From Holophagales bacterium (GTDB lineage Bacteria; Acidobacteriota; Holophagae; Holophagales; Holophagaceae): a stretch of DNA of 37,543 nucleotides. How positions within the stretch are numbered: the first letter of the stretch is position 1; every line of letters begins with the position of its first letter. Below, one piece after another: positions 17,488 through 26,794 of this stretch. The notes under the pieces were generated by a model. The model was not told the origin of the DNA and did not search any database. It was given only the letters and a program-made list of their open reading frames with translations. The stretch spans positions 1 through 37,543 of the forward strand of contig JAISSN010000105.1 in the NCBI GenBank assembly GCA_031273105.1. The letters run 5' to 3'. The position numbers and the translations under genes were made by a program.

Positions 17488-18308
17488 GCTTTCCTCAGCT
17501 TAAACATAGCCCGCACATCGTCTGGCCTGGCTATTTCGCGTCCGCAATCTTTGGCAATGCGCGCCGCCCTCTCGACCAGCTCCGCGTTGTTCTTTGCCAG
17601 CCGCCCCCTGGAGTAATAAATATTATCCTCAAAGCCAACCCTGACGTTGCCGCCCAGAGCCAGAGCGCCGTAAATGGCGTCCAGGTTGGCCTTGCCTCCA
17701 ATGCCCATAGCAGTCCAGTACGCGCCCTCGGGCAACTTGCGGACGAAAAACTCCAAAACGTCAACCTCATATCTGGCCGCGCCGGGGACGTTCAGAACCA
17801 GGCCATAGTGATAGGGCGCTTCCAGCAGACCCTCTTTAATCAGCATCTTGCTGGCGTACACGTGGCCCAAATCAAAACACTCAAGGGTTGGCCTGACGCT
17901 GTATTCCTTCATAGCGGCGGCGAACTCGCGCATTATGGGCAGGGTATTGATGATGTATTCGTCGCCAAAGTTGACCGTGCCGCAGTCCAGGCTTGCCATC
18001 TCGGGCTTGAGCGTTACAGGCTGGAGCCGCTCCTCCGGCGTCATCCCGACAGCGCCGCCCGTTGTGACTTCAATGACCATATCGCACTTAGAGCGCACCA
18101 GGTCTATGGCCTTCTTAAAAACGGCCTTGTCCTGGGTAGGCGTCCCATTGTCTTTTCTGACGTGCAGGTGTAGTATTGACGCCCCTGCCTCGTAGGCCTC
18201 AAAAGCGCCAATGGCGATTTCTTCCGGCGTAATGGGAAGAGCGGGCTGCTGTTCCCGCGTGGTTTCTGCCCCTGTGATAGCGCAGGTGAGTATCAGTTTG
18301 TCGCTCAT
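17484..18308 (-). CDS. kce: 3-keto-5-aminohexanoate cleavage enzyme-like protein (BKACE/DUF849 family)
   Basis: MSDKLILTCAITGAETT, ILHLHVRKDNGTPTQ, PEMASLDCGTVNFG and NVRVGFEDNIY. AGGAG precedes ATG 18308. The stop overlaps the kamA start (ATGA). Confidence 0.8.
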   Translation of the reverse strand: MSDKLILTCAITGAETTREQQPALPITPEEIAIGAFEAYEAGASILHLHVRKDNGTPTQDKAVFKKAIDLVRSKCDMVIEVTTGGAVGMTPEERLQPVTLKPEMASLDCGTVNFGDEYIINTLPIMREFAAAMKEYSVRPTLECFDLGHVYASKMLIKEGLLEAPYHYGLVLNVPGAARYEVDVLEFFVRKLPEGAYWTAMGIGGKANLDAIYGALALGGNVRVGFEDNIYYSRGRLAKNNAELVERAARIAKDCGREIARPDDVRAMFKLRKA

Positions 18309-18360
18309 GAGTGGCTCCTGGGGCTTGTTACATTTATAGTCAACAACTTGCGAAATGGCA

Positions 18361-18681
18361 TCAATGATACGTCGTGGGTTTCGACTGTCGCCTTGAAACG
18401 CTTTCTCCAAAGCCGTCGTCCACCGGAAAGCGTTTTTCTTCTATTATTTCAATGAAAGACCACTGACTGCCCTTGGGGAGATTGCCTTTTGGAATATCCA
18501 GCACTTTAACTTTCAAAAGGCGGTTGTAAATCGGAAAATCCAGTTCATCCCCAACGGATATTTCAGCGCTGGCCTTACGGGGAACGCCATTGATCCGAAC
18601 ATATCCTTCATCGCAGAGTTCTTTTGCCAGTTCCCTGCGCCTGACCAAATAGGTCGTCTTGAGAAATAAATCCAGCCTCAT
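18361..18681 (-). CDS. S4-domain RNA-binding protein
   Basis: MRLDLFLKTTYLVRRRELAKELCDEGYVRINGVPRKAS is a typical S4 motif. Confidence 0.7.
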   Translation of the reverse strand: MRLDLFLKTTYLVRRRELAKELCDEGYVRINGVPRKASAEISVGDELDFPIYNRLLKVKVLDIPKGNLPKGSQWSFIEIIEEKRFPVDDGFGESVSRRQSKPTTYH

Positions 18682-18683
18682 GC

Positions 18684-19658
18684 TTATCCTTTAATTATTT
18701 GCTCCTTGGGTACCATGTAGCGGATGTTGGCACGGGTTCGTTGAGCCTGAAGATAGTGCTGGAGGGCGTTTGCCGCTTTTGGCTCCTGGAGTTTCTGAAT
18801 TATTTCCCCCCTGACGGCGTCAAAAGGTTTAACGCCTTCCATTTCAGAAGATATCAGTTGTATGAGGATATAGTCTTTATCCGTTTCAACCACGTCGCTG
18901 ATTTCATCCGGCTTGAGCTTAAGCGCGGCGTTTTCAATAGCCGGTATCAGCAGGCCCGTCTCAACCCATCCGAGATCCCCGCCGGTTCCCCTGCTCGGGC
19001 TATCAGAAAAATCCTTTACCAGCGACTCAAAGGACGCGCCCTTTTTTAATTCTTCCTGAATCTTCGTCAGCGTCTCTCTCGCTGAGGCGCCGGCCGTATA
19101 AGCCTCGCGTTTGTGAATGATCAGCTCCCTGATCCTGAACCTCGCAGTCTGTTTATAGTCGGCCTGGTGTTCGTTGTAGTAAAGCCTTGCTTCCTGCTCT
19201 TCAATTGGAACCTTGCGGTACACTTCCTGGTAGAGTAGCGACTCAATAACAAAACTCTGCCTCTGCTGGCGCAGGAATTCACTCAGGCTGAGGCCCATCT
19301 CCGACTTGATTGCCCTTTCGAGTTCATATTCGGACGTCATCTGCGTCCGCTTTTTTAAGTCTTCCAAAAATTCGGCCTCGCTTGGAATAAAGGCCAATAG
19401 CTCCTTTTCGGTGGCAACGTCCAGTAAGACAAAAGCGTCAATAAGCTCCTGCATCGTTTTTTCCCGTGCGTCCCTGAGCTTGGCGTCCAGTTCTTGTCCT
19501 GAAAATTTGCGATACAACTCCGCGTGCTGCTGCTCCAGCGCCTGCTGAAAAGACTTGCGCGTGATGATGTGGCTGTTGACAGCCACCAGTATTTCCTCAA
19601 TGGTGGTCTGGGCAAGCAAAGCAGGGGCAGTTAATAATAGCAGCGCGGCAATTTTCAC
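18684..19658 (-). CDS. SurA-like periplasmic chaperone / parvulin-type PPIase
   Basis: Signal peptide MKIAALLLLTAPALLAQ, a SurA-N-like region, and a rotamase domain (IRELIIHK...GGDLGWV). The GTG start overlaps the upstream stop (GTGA). Confidence 0.75.
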   Translation of the reverse strand: MKIAALLLLTAPALLAQTTIEEILVAVNSHIITRKSFQQALEQQHAELYRKFSGQELDAKLRDAREKTMQELIDAFVLLDVATEKELLAFIPSEAEFLEDLKKRTQMTSEYELERAIKSEMGLSLSEFLRQQRQSFVIESLLYQEVYRKVPIEEQEARLYYNEHQADYKQTARFRIRELIIHKREAYTAGASARETLTKIQEELKKGASFESLVKDFSDSPSRGTGGDLGWVETGLLIPAIENAALKLKPDEISDVVETDKDYILIQLISSEMEGVKPFDAVRGEIIQKLQEPKAANALQHYLQAQRTRANIRYMVPKEQIIKG

Positions 19659-20647
19659 TTTTTGTCTCCGCCATGTTCGCTATTTGCCGGAATCGCGGCG
19701 TCATCGTTTTCCTCAAACCCCAATTCGTCCTTTAATGAACTGATAAAGCTGTTCCAGGTTTCAGTCCTCATTTTATCAACCAGTTGCCTTTGAACAGCCC
19801 CCCTGGCCTCATCAAAAGTCTGCGCGCGCTCAGGCGTGAAACTTTCGACCAGGATCAGATGGTAGCCAAATTGCGTCCTTACAGGCTCGCCGATAACTCC
19901 GGTTTCCTGTGTTCGTACGGCCTCGGCAAACTGCGGAACCATTTGGGCGGGTCTGAAGTTTTCGTAAAGCCCGCCTTTTTCCTTGCTGCCGGGGTCATCA
20001 CTGTATTTCCTGGCGACTTCATCCCAGCTCCTGCCGCCGAGAATCTCTTTTTTTGCCTCGAATATCTTGGCCAGGGCTTCTTCGTCCGTTGGCTTGTCAG
20101 TCTCGCTTTCAGAGCCGCGCACATTTACAAGGATGTGCCTGGCGCTGGCGCTTTCCGGTGTTTTGAACCTGTTAATGTTTTCTTCATAAAAGGTTTTGAT
20201 TTGGTCTTCGGTGGGCGCCGAGAGGCTTTCCAGCTCAGGGCCTTTTTTGCTGATGATTTCCTGAATCAACAGGGTTTTAGTAACGCCGGCCAGCTTGGTT
20301 TTAAAATCAGGCGTCTTGTCTAAACCATCTTTTTGGGCTTTGGCCGCCAAAAGCATCTGTTCCATGAACCTCTTTTGGGTCTGCTTTTGCATTTCAGGCG
20401 TGTTTTTCACCCGTTCCACCTCAGGGGCGCGCATCGTCAACGGCAGATAATCAAAAAAATCAGACTCGCGATAGACTGTCTTTCCAACGCGGCCAATGAT
20501 TTTGTTTTCTGCGGACGGTTCGTTTTTTTGCTTGCCCTTCAGCTGTTTAGGCTGGGCTGGTTTTGTCTGGCCAGCCTGTGGCGCCTGGGCGTCCTGGGCC
20601 CCCAGGGCTATAAAAAACAAGGAGAGAAACGCGGCTCGTAACATCAT
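19655..20647 (-). CDS. Parvulin-type peptidyl-prolyl isomerase (PrsA/PpiD-like)
   Basis: Signal peptide MMLRAAFLSLFFIALGAQ. PPIC domain ARHILV...GGLYENFRPAQMVPQFAEAV...QFGYHLILVES. Confidence 0.75.
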   Translation of the reverse strand: MMLRAAFLSLFFIALGAQDAQAPQAGQTKPAQPKQLKGKQKNEPSAENKIIGRVGKTVYRESDFFDYLPLTMRAPEVERVKNTPEMQKQTQKRFMEQMLLAAKAQKDGLDKTPDFKTKLAGVTKTLLIQEIISKKGPELESLSAPTEDQIKTFYEENINRFKTPESASARHILVNVRGSESETDKPTDEEALAKIFEAKKEILGGRSWDEVARKYSDDPGSKEKGGLYENFRPAQMVPQFAEAVRTQETGVIGEPVRTQFGYHLILVESFTPERAQTFDEARGAVQRQLVDKMRTETWNSFISSLKDELGFEENDDAAIPANSEHGGDKK

Positions 20648-20914
20648 GCTACAACCTCAAAAAAGAGTTAAAGAAAGCCGGAAGAATCCAGCGCGAAACA
20701 CTTTATCTTAACACTATTCCGTCCCGCCTGACCCAGACTGTTTTCCACAGGGCGAGCTGAAACATTATAATGTTTCCAATGACCGTAAAGTTTCCGGCCA
20801 GCTCGCTCAAGGGGGCAAGTCAGAATAATATAAGGACATTCGGTCACACAGCGTTTAAACCACCCTTGCAGACGTCTGGTAACTGATTTGCTGTTCCCTT
20901 AATTGAATTGTGAC

Positions 20915-22369
20915 ATGAAATTACCTCTTGTAGCCATCTGTGGACGCCCCAACGTGGGCAAATCCACACTGTTTAACAGGATTACGCGCACCAGGGCCGC
21001 CCTGATTCACGACCTGCCGGGAATGACGCGCGACCTGTCTTACGGGCGAGTCGTCTGCCTGGACAATTCAGGCGTTCCCGTTGAAGTGTTTGACCTGATA
21101 GATACGGGGGGCCTGAATTATGAGGGCCAGGACGTAATCACGCTGGGCATTACGCGCATGGCGGAGAGCGCCATTAAAGAAGCCCACGTCATACTGCTGA
21201 TGGTTGATGGTCACGCCGGTTTTACAACCGGCGACGCTGAAATCGCCCAACGGGTGCTACGCTTAGGCAAGCCCGCCATCCTGGTGGTGAATAAACTCGA
21301 CGGCATGAAAGGCGGCGCGCCGGACGGGGCTTTTTATGAACTCGGCTTTGAGGAAATGCGCATGGTCAGCTCCACCCACGGCGATGGAGTCGCCGATCTG
21401 CTGGAATCTGTGCGGAGCGCCCTGCCCTTTCACCGCACGCCCGAAGAAGCGGAGGAACACCATGCGTCCGACGAACTGCGCTTCGCCATCATCGGGCGGC
21501 CCAACGTGGGCAAGTCCAGCATGGCCAATTGCCTGCTGGGTTTCGAGCGCAGCCTGGTCAGCGAAGTCGCCGGCACCACCAGGGACGCCGTTGACGCCAT
21601 ATTCAAGCGCGGAGATAAAGTATATCGCCTCATAGACACAGCGGGCATCAGGCGCAAAGGCAGGACATCCCAGGGGGCTGAAATATTGTCTGTTTTAAAG
21701 GCCAAGCAGGCCATGGCCAGGGCAGACGTCAGCCTGCTGCTGATAGACGCCCTTGAGGGCGTGACGCACCAGGACGCCGTCATAGCCGGATATGCCCAGG
21801 ACGCGGGCGCGGCTGTGATACTGGCAGTGAATAAATGGGACGCCGTCGAAAAGGACGGCTTCACGGCCATACAAATGGAAGATCACATCAGGCGCGAACT
21901 GGGATTTCTTCAGCACGCCCCTATGATATTTATCTCTGCGCTCACGGGCCAGCGGGTTTCCAGGTTATTCAACCTGATTGACGAAGTCGCGGCGTCTCAC
22001 TCAAGAAGGATTTCCACGGGGGAGATGAATCGCTTTCTGGCCGAGACCGTAGCCGCGATGAACCCCCCGGCCGTGGACGGCAAGCTGCCTAAATTGTTCT
22101 ACATGGCCCAGGTCGGCGTCAGGCCCCCTAGTTTTGTCATTAAAGCCAATATTTGCGGCGGCATCCATTTTAGTTATCTGCGCTACATGGAAAACCGCCT
22201 GCGGGACGAATTTGGTTTTATCGGTACGCCAATCCGCCTGTCTGTGCAAAAGGCCCGAAAAGATAACGAACCCGCCATGCCCAGGGCCAGAGTGCGAAGG
22301 ATATTGGACGTGGGCGAGGGACTGAAACCCTCTCGCAAGGCGTCCAACAGAAAAAAAACAAGGAAGTGA
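20915..22369 (+). CDS. der: Ribosome-associated GTPase Der (EngA)
   Basis: Two tandem G domains (GRPNVGKSTLFN and GRPNVGKSSMAN, each with DTGG/DTAG and NKxD) plus a KH-like C-terminus. ATG 20915 is preferred to the TTG at 20903. Confidence 0.9.
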   Translation: MKLPLVAICGRPNVGKSTLFNRITRTRAALIHDLPGMTRDLSYGRVVCLDNSGVPVEVFDLIDTGGLNYEGQDVITLGITRMAESAIKEAHVILLMVDGHAGFTTGDAEIAQRVLRLGKPAILVVNKLDGMKGGAPDGAFYELGFEEMRMVSSTHGDGVADLLESVRSALPFHRTPEEAEEHHASDELRFAIIGRPNVGKSSMANCLLGFERSLVSEVAGTTRDAVDAIFKRGDKVYRLIDTAGIRRKGRTSQGAEILSVLKAKQAMARADVSLLLIDALEGVTHQDAVIAGYAQDAGAAVILAVNKWDAVEKDGFTAIQMEDHIRRELGFLQHAPMIFISALTGQRVSRLFNLIDEVAASHSRRISTGEMNRFLAETVAAMNPPAVDGKLPKLFYMAQVGVRPPSFVIKANICGGIHFSYLRYMENRLRDEFGFIGTPIRLSVQKARKDNEPAMPRARVRRILDVGEGLKPSRKASNRKKTRK

Positions 22370-22434
22370 ATTTCGCCTGACCGGCGTCGGCTATAATAAA
22401 CTTGTGCGGCGCACTGGCCCAGGAGACGCCTGAA

Positions 22435-25400
22435 ATGTTCGAGAGCAGGTATGAATACGCAAACAAACTCAGTAACGCGCTGGCAAAAATCACCAAACTG
22501 TCGGCCATTTCCGCCGGAGTTTTAGAAGACGCCGCCAAAGTGATAGCTCAGGAAGGCTGCCTTGCGTTAAATACGCACAGGGTGGGGATATGGAGTACGT
22601 CGGAGGATGCGGCGGCCTTAAAAAGTATTGCCTACTACGACATGCCAACAGGGACGCTGGAAGTTCAGGATGACTTTGACCTGTTTGATCGTCCGCAATA
22701 CGTATCCCTTCTCCGCTCTGAGCGATTGATCGTGATAAACGATATCAGAATACCAAACCCCCTCTCCGACTTAGCCGAAGGATATGGGCCAAACATCTGC
22801 TCGTTGCTCGACGCGCCCATACGCATGGGGGGCAAACTGGCAGGCGTGGTCTGCATTGAGCAGGATCGTTGCGCGAAATATCCTGAAATGCGCGAATGGA
22901 GCATTGAAGAGCAAAACTTTGCCGCCTCTCTAGCCGACTTCATGGCGCTCGCCATAGCGTCCGCCGAGCGCCTTACGCTGATGCGCCGCACCGAAACCAT
23001 GATGAGCAACCTGCCCGGAATGGTCTATCAGTGCCTGAACGACCCGCCCGAATTCACATTTACCTTTGTCAGCGAAGGCAGCCTGTCTCTCATGGGCTAC
23101 ACGCCGGAGGAACTATTGGGCAACAGCACCCTGACCTTTTTTGACATGGTACACCCCGACGACGTGGATGAGCTGGAGAGGCGGAACGCGGAAACCCTCT
23201 CCATAGGGCTGCCCCTGGAGGCCTCTTTCAGAATTATTATGAAGGACGGCACGGTTAAATGGATTTGGGAGCGCAGCCGCGTGGTCGAGTTCAAACCGGA
23301 CGGCACGCCCCATCTGCTCGAGGGCTTTTATACCGATATCACTGAACAAAGGCGCTTAGAGGCCGCGGAGCTGGCCAACCGCGCAAAATCTCAATTTTTA
23401 GCCAACATGAGCCACGAGATACGCACGCCTATGAACGCTATCGTAGGCATGACCGAGTTAGCCCTGCGCACAGACACATTAGACGCCGCCAAAGAACACA
23501 TCAAAATGGTCAAGCAGGCCAGCATTAATTTATTATCTATAATTAACGACATCCTGGATTTTTCAAAAATAGAAAAGGGGAAACTGGAAATTGTTCCCGG
23601 CGATTATTTATTATCATCTTTAATAAATGATGTAATCAGCATAATCAGGATGAAAGCCCTTGACTCACATATCAGCTTTGTGGTTAATTTAGACGGCAAA
23701 ACACCCAACAAACTCTACGGAGACGAAACAAGGATACGTCAAATATTGTTAAACATTTTAGGCAACGCTGTAAAATTTACCGAAAAGGGTTTTATTTCGC
23801 TAACTATGACCATGGAAGTAATTGATGAAGGCGCAATAATTTTAGTTATGGAGGTAATGGACACCGGTATAGGAATCAAGCGGGAAGACATTGATAAAAT
23901 ATTCGACGCCTACGCCCAGAGCGATCAGGAGAAAAACAAAAATGTAGAGGGAACGGGCCTGGGGCTTACCATATCCCAGAATTTAGTCAAAGCGATGGAC
24001 GGCAGTATCAGCGTCCAGTCCGAATACGGGAAAGGCAGTGCGTTTAAGGTAAAGCTGCCGCAAAAAATACGTTCAAAACAAGTCCTGGCCTCGGTTCAAT
24101 ACCCGGAGGGAAAAAGCGCGCTTGTCTATGAGAGCCGTGAATTATTAGCGAATTCCATCACAGACGCTCTGGATAACCTGGGCGTAAAGAGCGCGATTGT
24201 TTCAAACCATTCCGACTTTTCAAGAGAACTGTCAACTAAACAGTGGCCCGTTGTTTTTGTGGCGGCGGAGATGTATGATAGTATTAAGCAGTTACTCTCA
24301 ACCATTGAATTTGATATAAAAACTATTTTACTGACTGATTTTGGAGAAACCCTTCCGGCCAATAACCTGAACGTCCTCTTTATGCCGGTACACTCCATGT
24401 CCATCGCCAATGTGCTGAACAACGCGCCAGACGCGTTTTCCTACAATGAGAGCAGTATATCCATAGCGATGTTTAAGGCGCCGGACGCAAAGGTTCTCGT
24501 TGTTGACGATATAGATACTAACTTAAAGGTAGCGGAGGGCTTGCTGGCGCCTTATAAAATGCAGGTTGACCTGCTAAAGAGCGGGCGCGAGGCAATAAGG
24601 GCGGTCAAAGAAAAGCGGTATGATTTAATATTCATGGATCACAAGATGCCAGTAATGGATGGCATTGAGGCCACCCTTTACATCAGGGCTATGGGCGACG
24701 GCGTGGATTCATACTATCAATGCGTACCGATAGTCGCCTTAACAGCCAATGTTATTTATGGTATGAAAGAAATGTTTATGGAAAATGGGTTCAGCGATTT
24801 CTTATCCAAGCCTATTGACATTGTAAAACTGAACACTATCCTGAAAAAATGGATTCCAAGACTGAAACAACTTGGAGAGTCGGCCGAATATAACCTGACA
24901 TTAGCGGCCATTGAGAATGAAGCCGCTATAAATATTGATATTAATGGACTGGACGTTAACAGAGGCTTTTTGATGTCAGGAGGATCATTTGAGCGGTACA
25001 TGGAAACGCTTATTATCTTTTATAAAGATGGACTTGAAAAAGTCAGGGAAATAAGCGACTGCCTTAAAACGGGAAATCTTTCCCTGTACACAATTTATGT
25101 TCACGCCATGAAGAGCGCCTGCGCGAATATTGGCGCAATAGAATTGTCCGCCAGCGCAAAAGTTTTGGAAAACGCGGGGCTTTTCGGGGATTTAAAATTC
25201 ATAGAAAAGCATACCCCTGAGTTTCTTTTGTCACTGGAATCGTTGTTAAGCAAAATAAATGAAGCGATTAAAAACTTCCAGGAAGACCAAAAAGACAAGG
25301 GGACGCCGATAAATATTGAAGCCCTCAAGTTTGAGCTTGTTAAATTAAAAGACGCTCTCGAAACGATAGACTTAAGGATTATGGACATAACCGTCGAACG

Positions 25401-25539
25401 CCTTCACGAATTGGCCAAATGGGGGGATATTGGCGACGCCGTCAGAGATATTTCTGAAAAAATACTATTGGCTGAATACGATGAGGCCGTAGTATTGATA
25501 GAAGCCTTGTTGCGGGATGCGGATAGTCTGAAAACTTAA
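22435..25539 (+). CDS. Cytoplasmic hybrid sensor histidine kinase (GAF-PAS-HisKA-HATPase-degenerate REC-REC-Hpt)
   Basis: H-box FLANMSHEIRTPMNAI, G-box GTGLGLTISQNL, receiver VLVVDDIDTNLKV...IFMDHKMPVMDG, and Hpt YVHAMKSACANIGA. No transmembrane segment. AGGAG at 22421..22425 precedes ATG 22435. Confidence 0.85.
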   Translation: MFESRYEYANKLSNALAKITKLSAISAGVLEDAAKVIAQEGCLALNTHRVGIWSTSEDAAALKSIAYYDMPTGTLEVQDDFDLFDRPQYVSLLRSERLIVINDIRIPNPLSDLAEGYGPNICSLLDAPIRMGGKLAGVVCIEQDRCAKYPEMREWSIEEQNFAASLADFMALAIASAERLTLMRRTETMMSNLPGMVYQCLNDPPEFTFTFVSEGSLSLMGYTPEELLGNSTLTFFDMVHPDDVDELERRNAETLSIGLPLEASFRIIMKDGTVKWIWERSRVVEFKPDGTPHLLEGFYTDITEQRRLEAAELANRAKSQFLANMSHEIRTPMNAIVGMTELALRTDTLDAAKEHIKMVKQASINLLSIINDILDFSKIEKGKLEIVPGDYLLSSLINDVISIIRMKALDSHISFVVNLDGKTPNKLYGDETRIRQILLNILGNAVKFTEKGFISLTMTMEVIDEGAIILVMEVMDTGIGIKREDIDKIFDAYAQSDQEKNKNVEGTGLGLTISQNLVKAMDGSISVQSEYGKGSAFKVKLPQKIRSKQVLASVQYPEGKSALVYESRELLANSITDALDNLGVKSAIVSNHSDFSRELSTKQWPVVFVAAEMYDSIKQLLSTIEFDIKTILLTDFGETLPANNLNVLFMPVHSMSIANVLNNAPDAFSYNESSISIAMFKAPDAKVLVVDDIDTNLKVAEGLLAPYKMQVDLLKSGREAIRAVKEKRYDLIFMDHKMPVMDGIEATLYIRAMGDGVDSYYQCVPIVALTANVIYGMKEMFMENGFSDFLSKPIDIVKLNTILKKWIPRLKQLGESAEYNLTLAAIENEAAINIDINGLDVNRGFLMSGGSFERYMETLIIFYKDGLEKVREISDCLKTGNLSLYTIYVHAMKSACANIGAIELSASAKVLENAGLFGDLKFIEKHTPEFLLSLESLLSKINEAIKNFQEDQKDKGTPINIEALKFELVKLKDALETIDLRIMDITVERLHELAKWGDIGDAVRDISEKILLAEYDEAVVLIEALLRDADSLKT

Positions 25540-25642
25540 AATCGCAAAAATTGCTGGTCAGCAATCATGTGTAGAACATACAAAACAAGCGTAAAATTCA
25601 GGACAGGGCTTATGGTGAACCAGGTGTTTGGGGAAATGGCTG

Positions 25643-26794
25643 ATGGATGACGAACGCGCAATAGTGATGGTCGTTGACGACAACATCGCCAACTTAAAGG
25701 TCGCCAAGAACGCCCTGGTTCAGTCTTTCAACGTTTTCACGGTGCCGTCCGCCGCAAAAATGTTTGACATGCTTGAGCGGAATATTCCCCACCTGATACT
25801 GCTCGACATTGACATGCCTGAAATGGATGGTTTCGACGCGATAAAAATACTCAAGGCCAAACCAATCACGCAAAATATTCCCGTCGTCTTTCTCACCGCC
25901 AGGGGGGATCCAGAAAACGAACTGAAGGGCTTGGCCATGGGGGCCGTTGACTACATTTCAAAGCCGTTCATGCCCCAGTTGTTGCATAAGCGCGTGGAGT
26001 TGCACATTACGGTAGAGGCTCAGAAGTACCGCCTGGAAGAGCAAGCAAAGGAGCTGGAAGCCCGTGTTGGCGAAATAAAGCACTTTAACGAGAACCTTCA
26101 GCAAATGGTGGATGAAAAGACAGAAGAAGTCATCAAGTTGCAAAACGCTATCCTGAGAAGCGTAGCCGACATGGTGGAAAGCCGCGACGACGCCACGGGA
26201 GGACACATCGGGCGCACCCAGCACTTCCTCAAGGCGCTGATAGACGGCCTGGATAATCTGGGGCTTTACAGAGACCGTATGCATGAGTGGGACGTAAACC
26301 TGATGCTTGAATCTTCCCAGCTCCACGACGTAGGCAAGATAGCCATATCAGACAACATACTCAAGAAGCCCGGCAAACTGACCAGCGAAGAATTTGACGA
26401 AATGAAGCGCCACGTTGATTATGGCGTTAGCATTATTGAGCGCATAGAAGACGAAGCCAGCGGCGCTGATTTTTTGAAGTACGCCAGAGTTTTTGCCGGC
26501 ACACACCATGAAAAATGGGATGGCAGCGGCTATCCCCACGGGCTTTCAGGCGAGCAGATACCTTTGCCCGGGCGGCTCATGGCTATAGCCGACGTGTACG
26601 ACGCCCTCACCTCTGATCGCCCATACAAAAAAGCGTTCCCGCACGAAGAAGCGGTTCGGATTATCAGGGAGGGAAAAGGAACCCACTTTGACCCGATTCT
26701 GGTTGACGTCTTCGAAAAGGTGGCCGCGCAATTCGCGGTGTCCGCGTATTCTTCATCGAAATCCTGCGCGGCGCCGGAGGCAAAAAAGGAATGA
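25643..26794 (+). CDS. Response regulator with an HD-GYP c-di-GMP phosphodiesterase output (RpfG-like)
   Basis: REC (VMVVDDN...LLDIDMPEMDG...KP), a coiled-coil linker, and HD-GYP motifs HDVGK and HHEKWDGSGYPHG. ATG 25643 is preferred to the TTG at 25628. Confidence 0.85.
   Translation: MDDERAIVMVVDDNIANLKVAKNALVQSFNVFTVPSAAKMFDMLERNIPHLILLDIDMPEMDGFDAIKILKAKPITQNIPVVFLTARGDPENELKGLAMGAVDYISKPFMPQLLHKRVELHITVEAQKYRLEEQAKELEARVGEIKHFNENLQQMVDEKTEEVIKLQNAILRSVADMVESRDDATGGHIGRTQHFLKALIDGLDNLGLYRDRMHEWDVNLMLESSQLHDVGKIAISDNILKKPGKLTSEEFDEMKRHVDYGVSIIERIEDEASGADFLKYARVFAGTHHEKWDGSGYPHGLSGEQIPLPGRLMAIADVYDALTSDRPYKKAFPHEEAVRIIREGKGTHFDPILVDVFEKVAAQFAVSAYSSSKSCAAPEAKKE

Noticed and set aside
21430-21870. 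Long antisense ORFs inside der, the kinases, kamA, recA and others (for example 21430..21870, 19784..20323, 31051..31512, 17191..17616)
   Set aside because: They are fully embedded opposite well-supported genes, have low-complexity Ala/Arg/Pro/Ser-rich translations, and are typical of GC-rich antisense frames.
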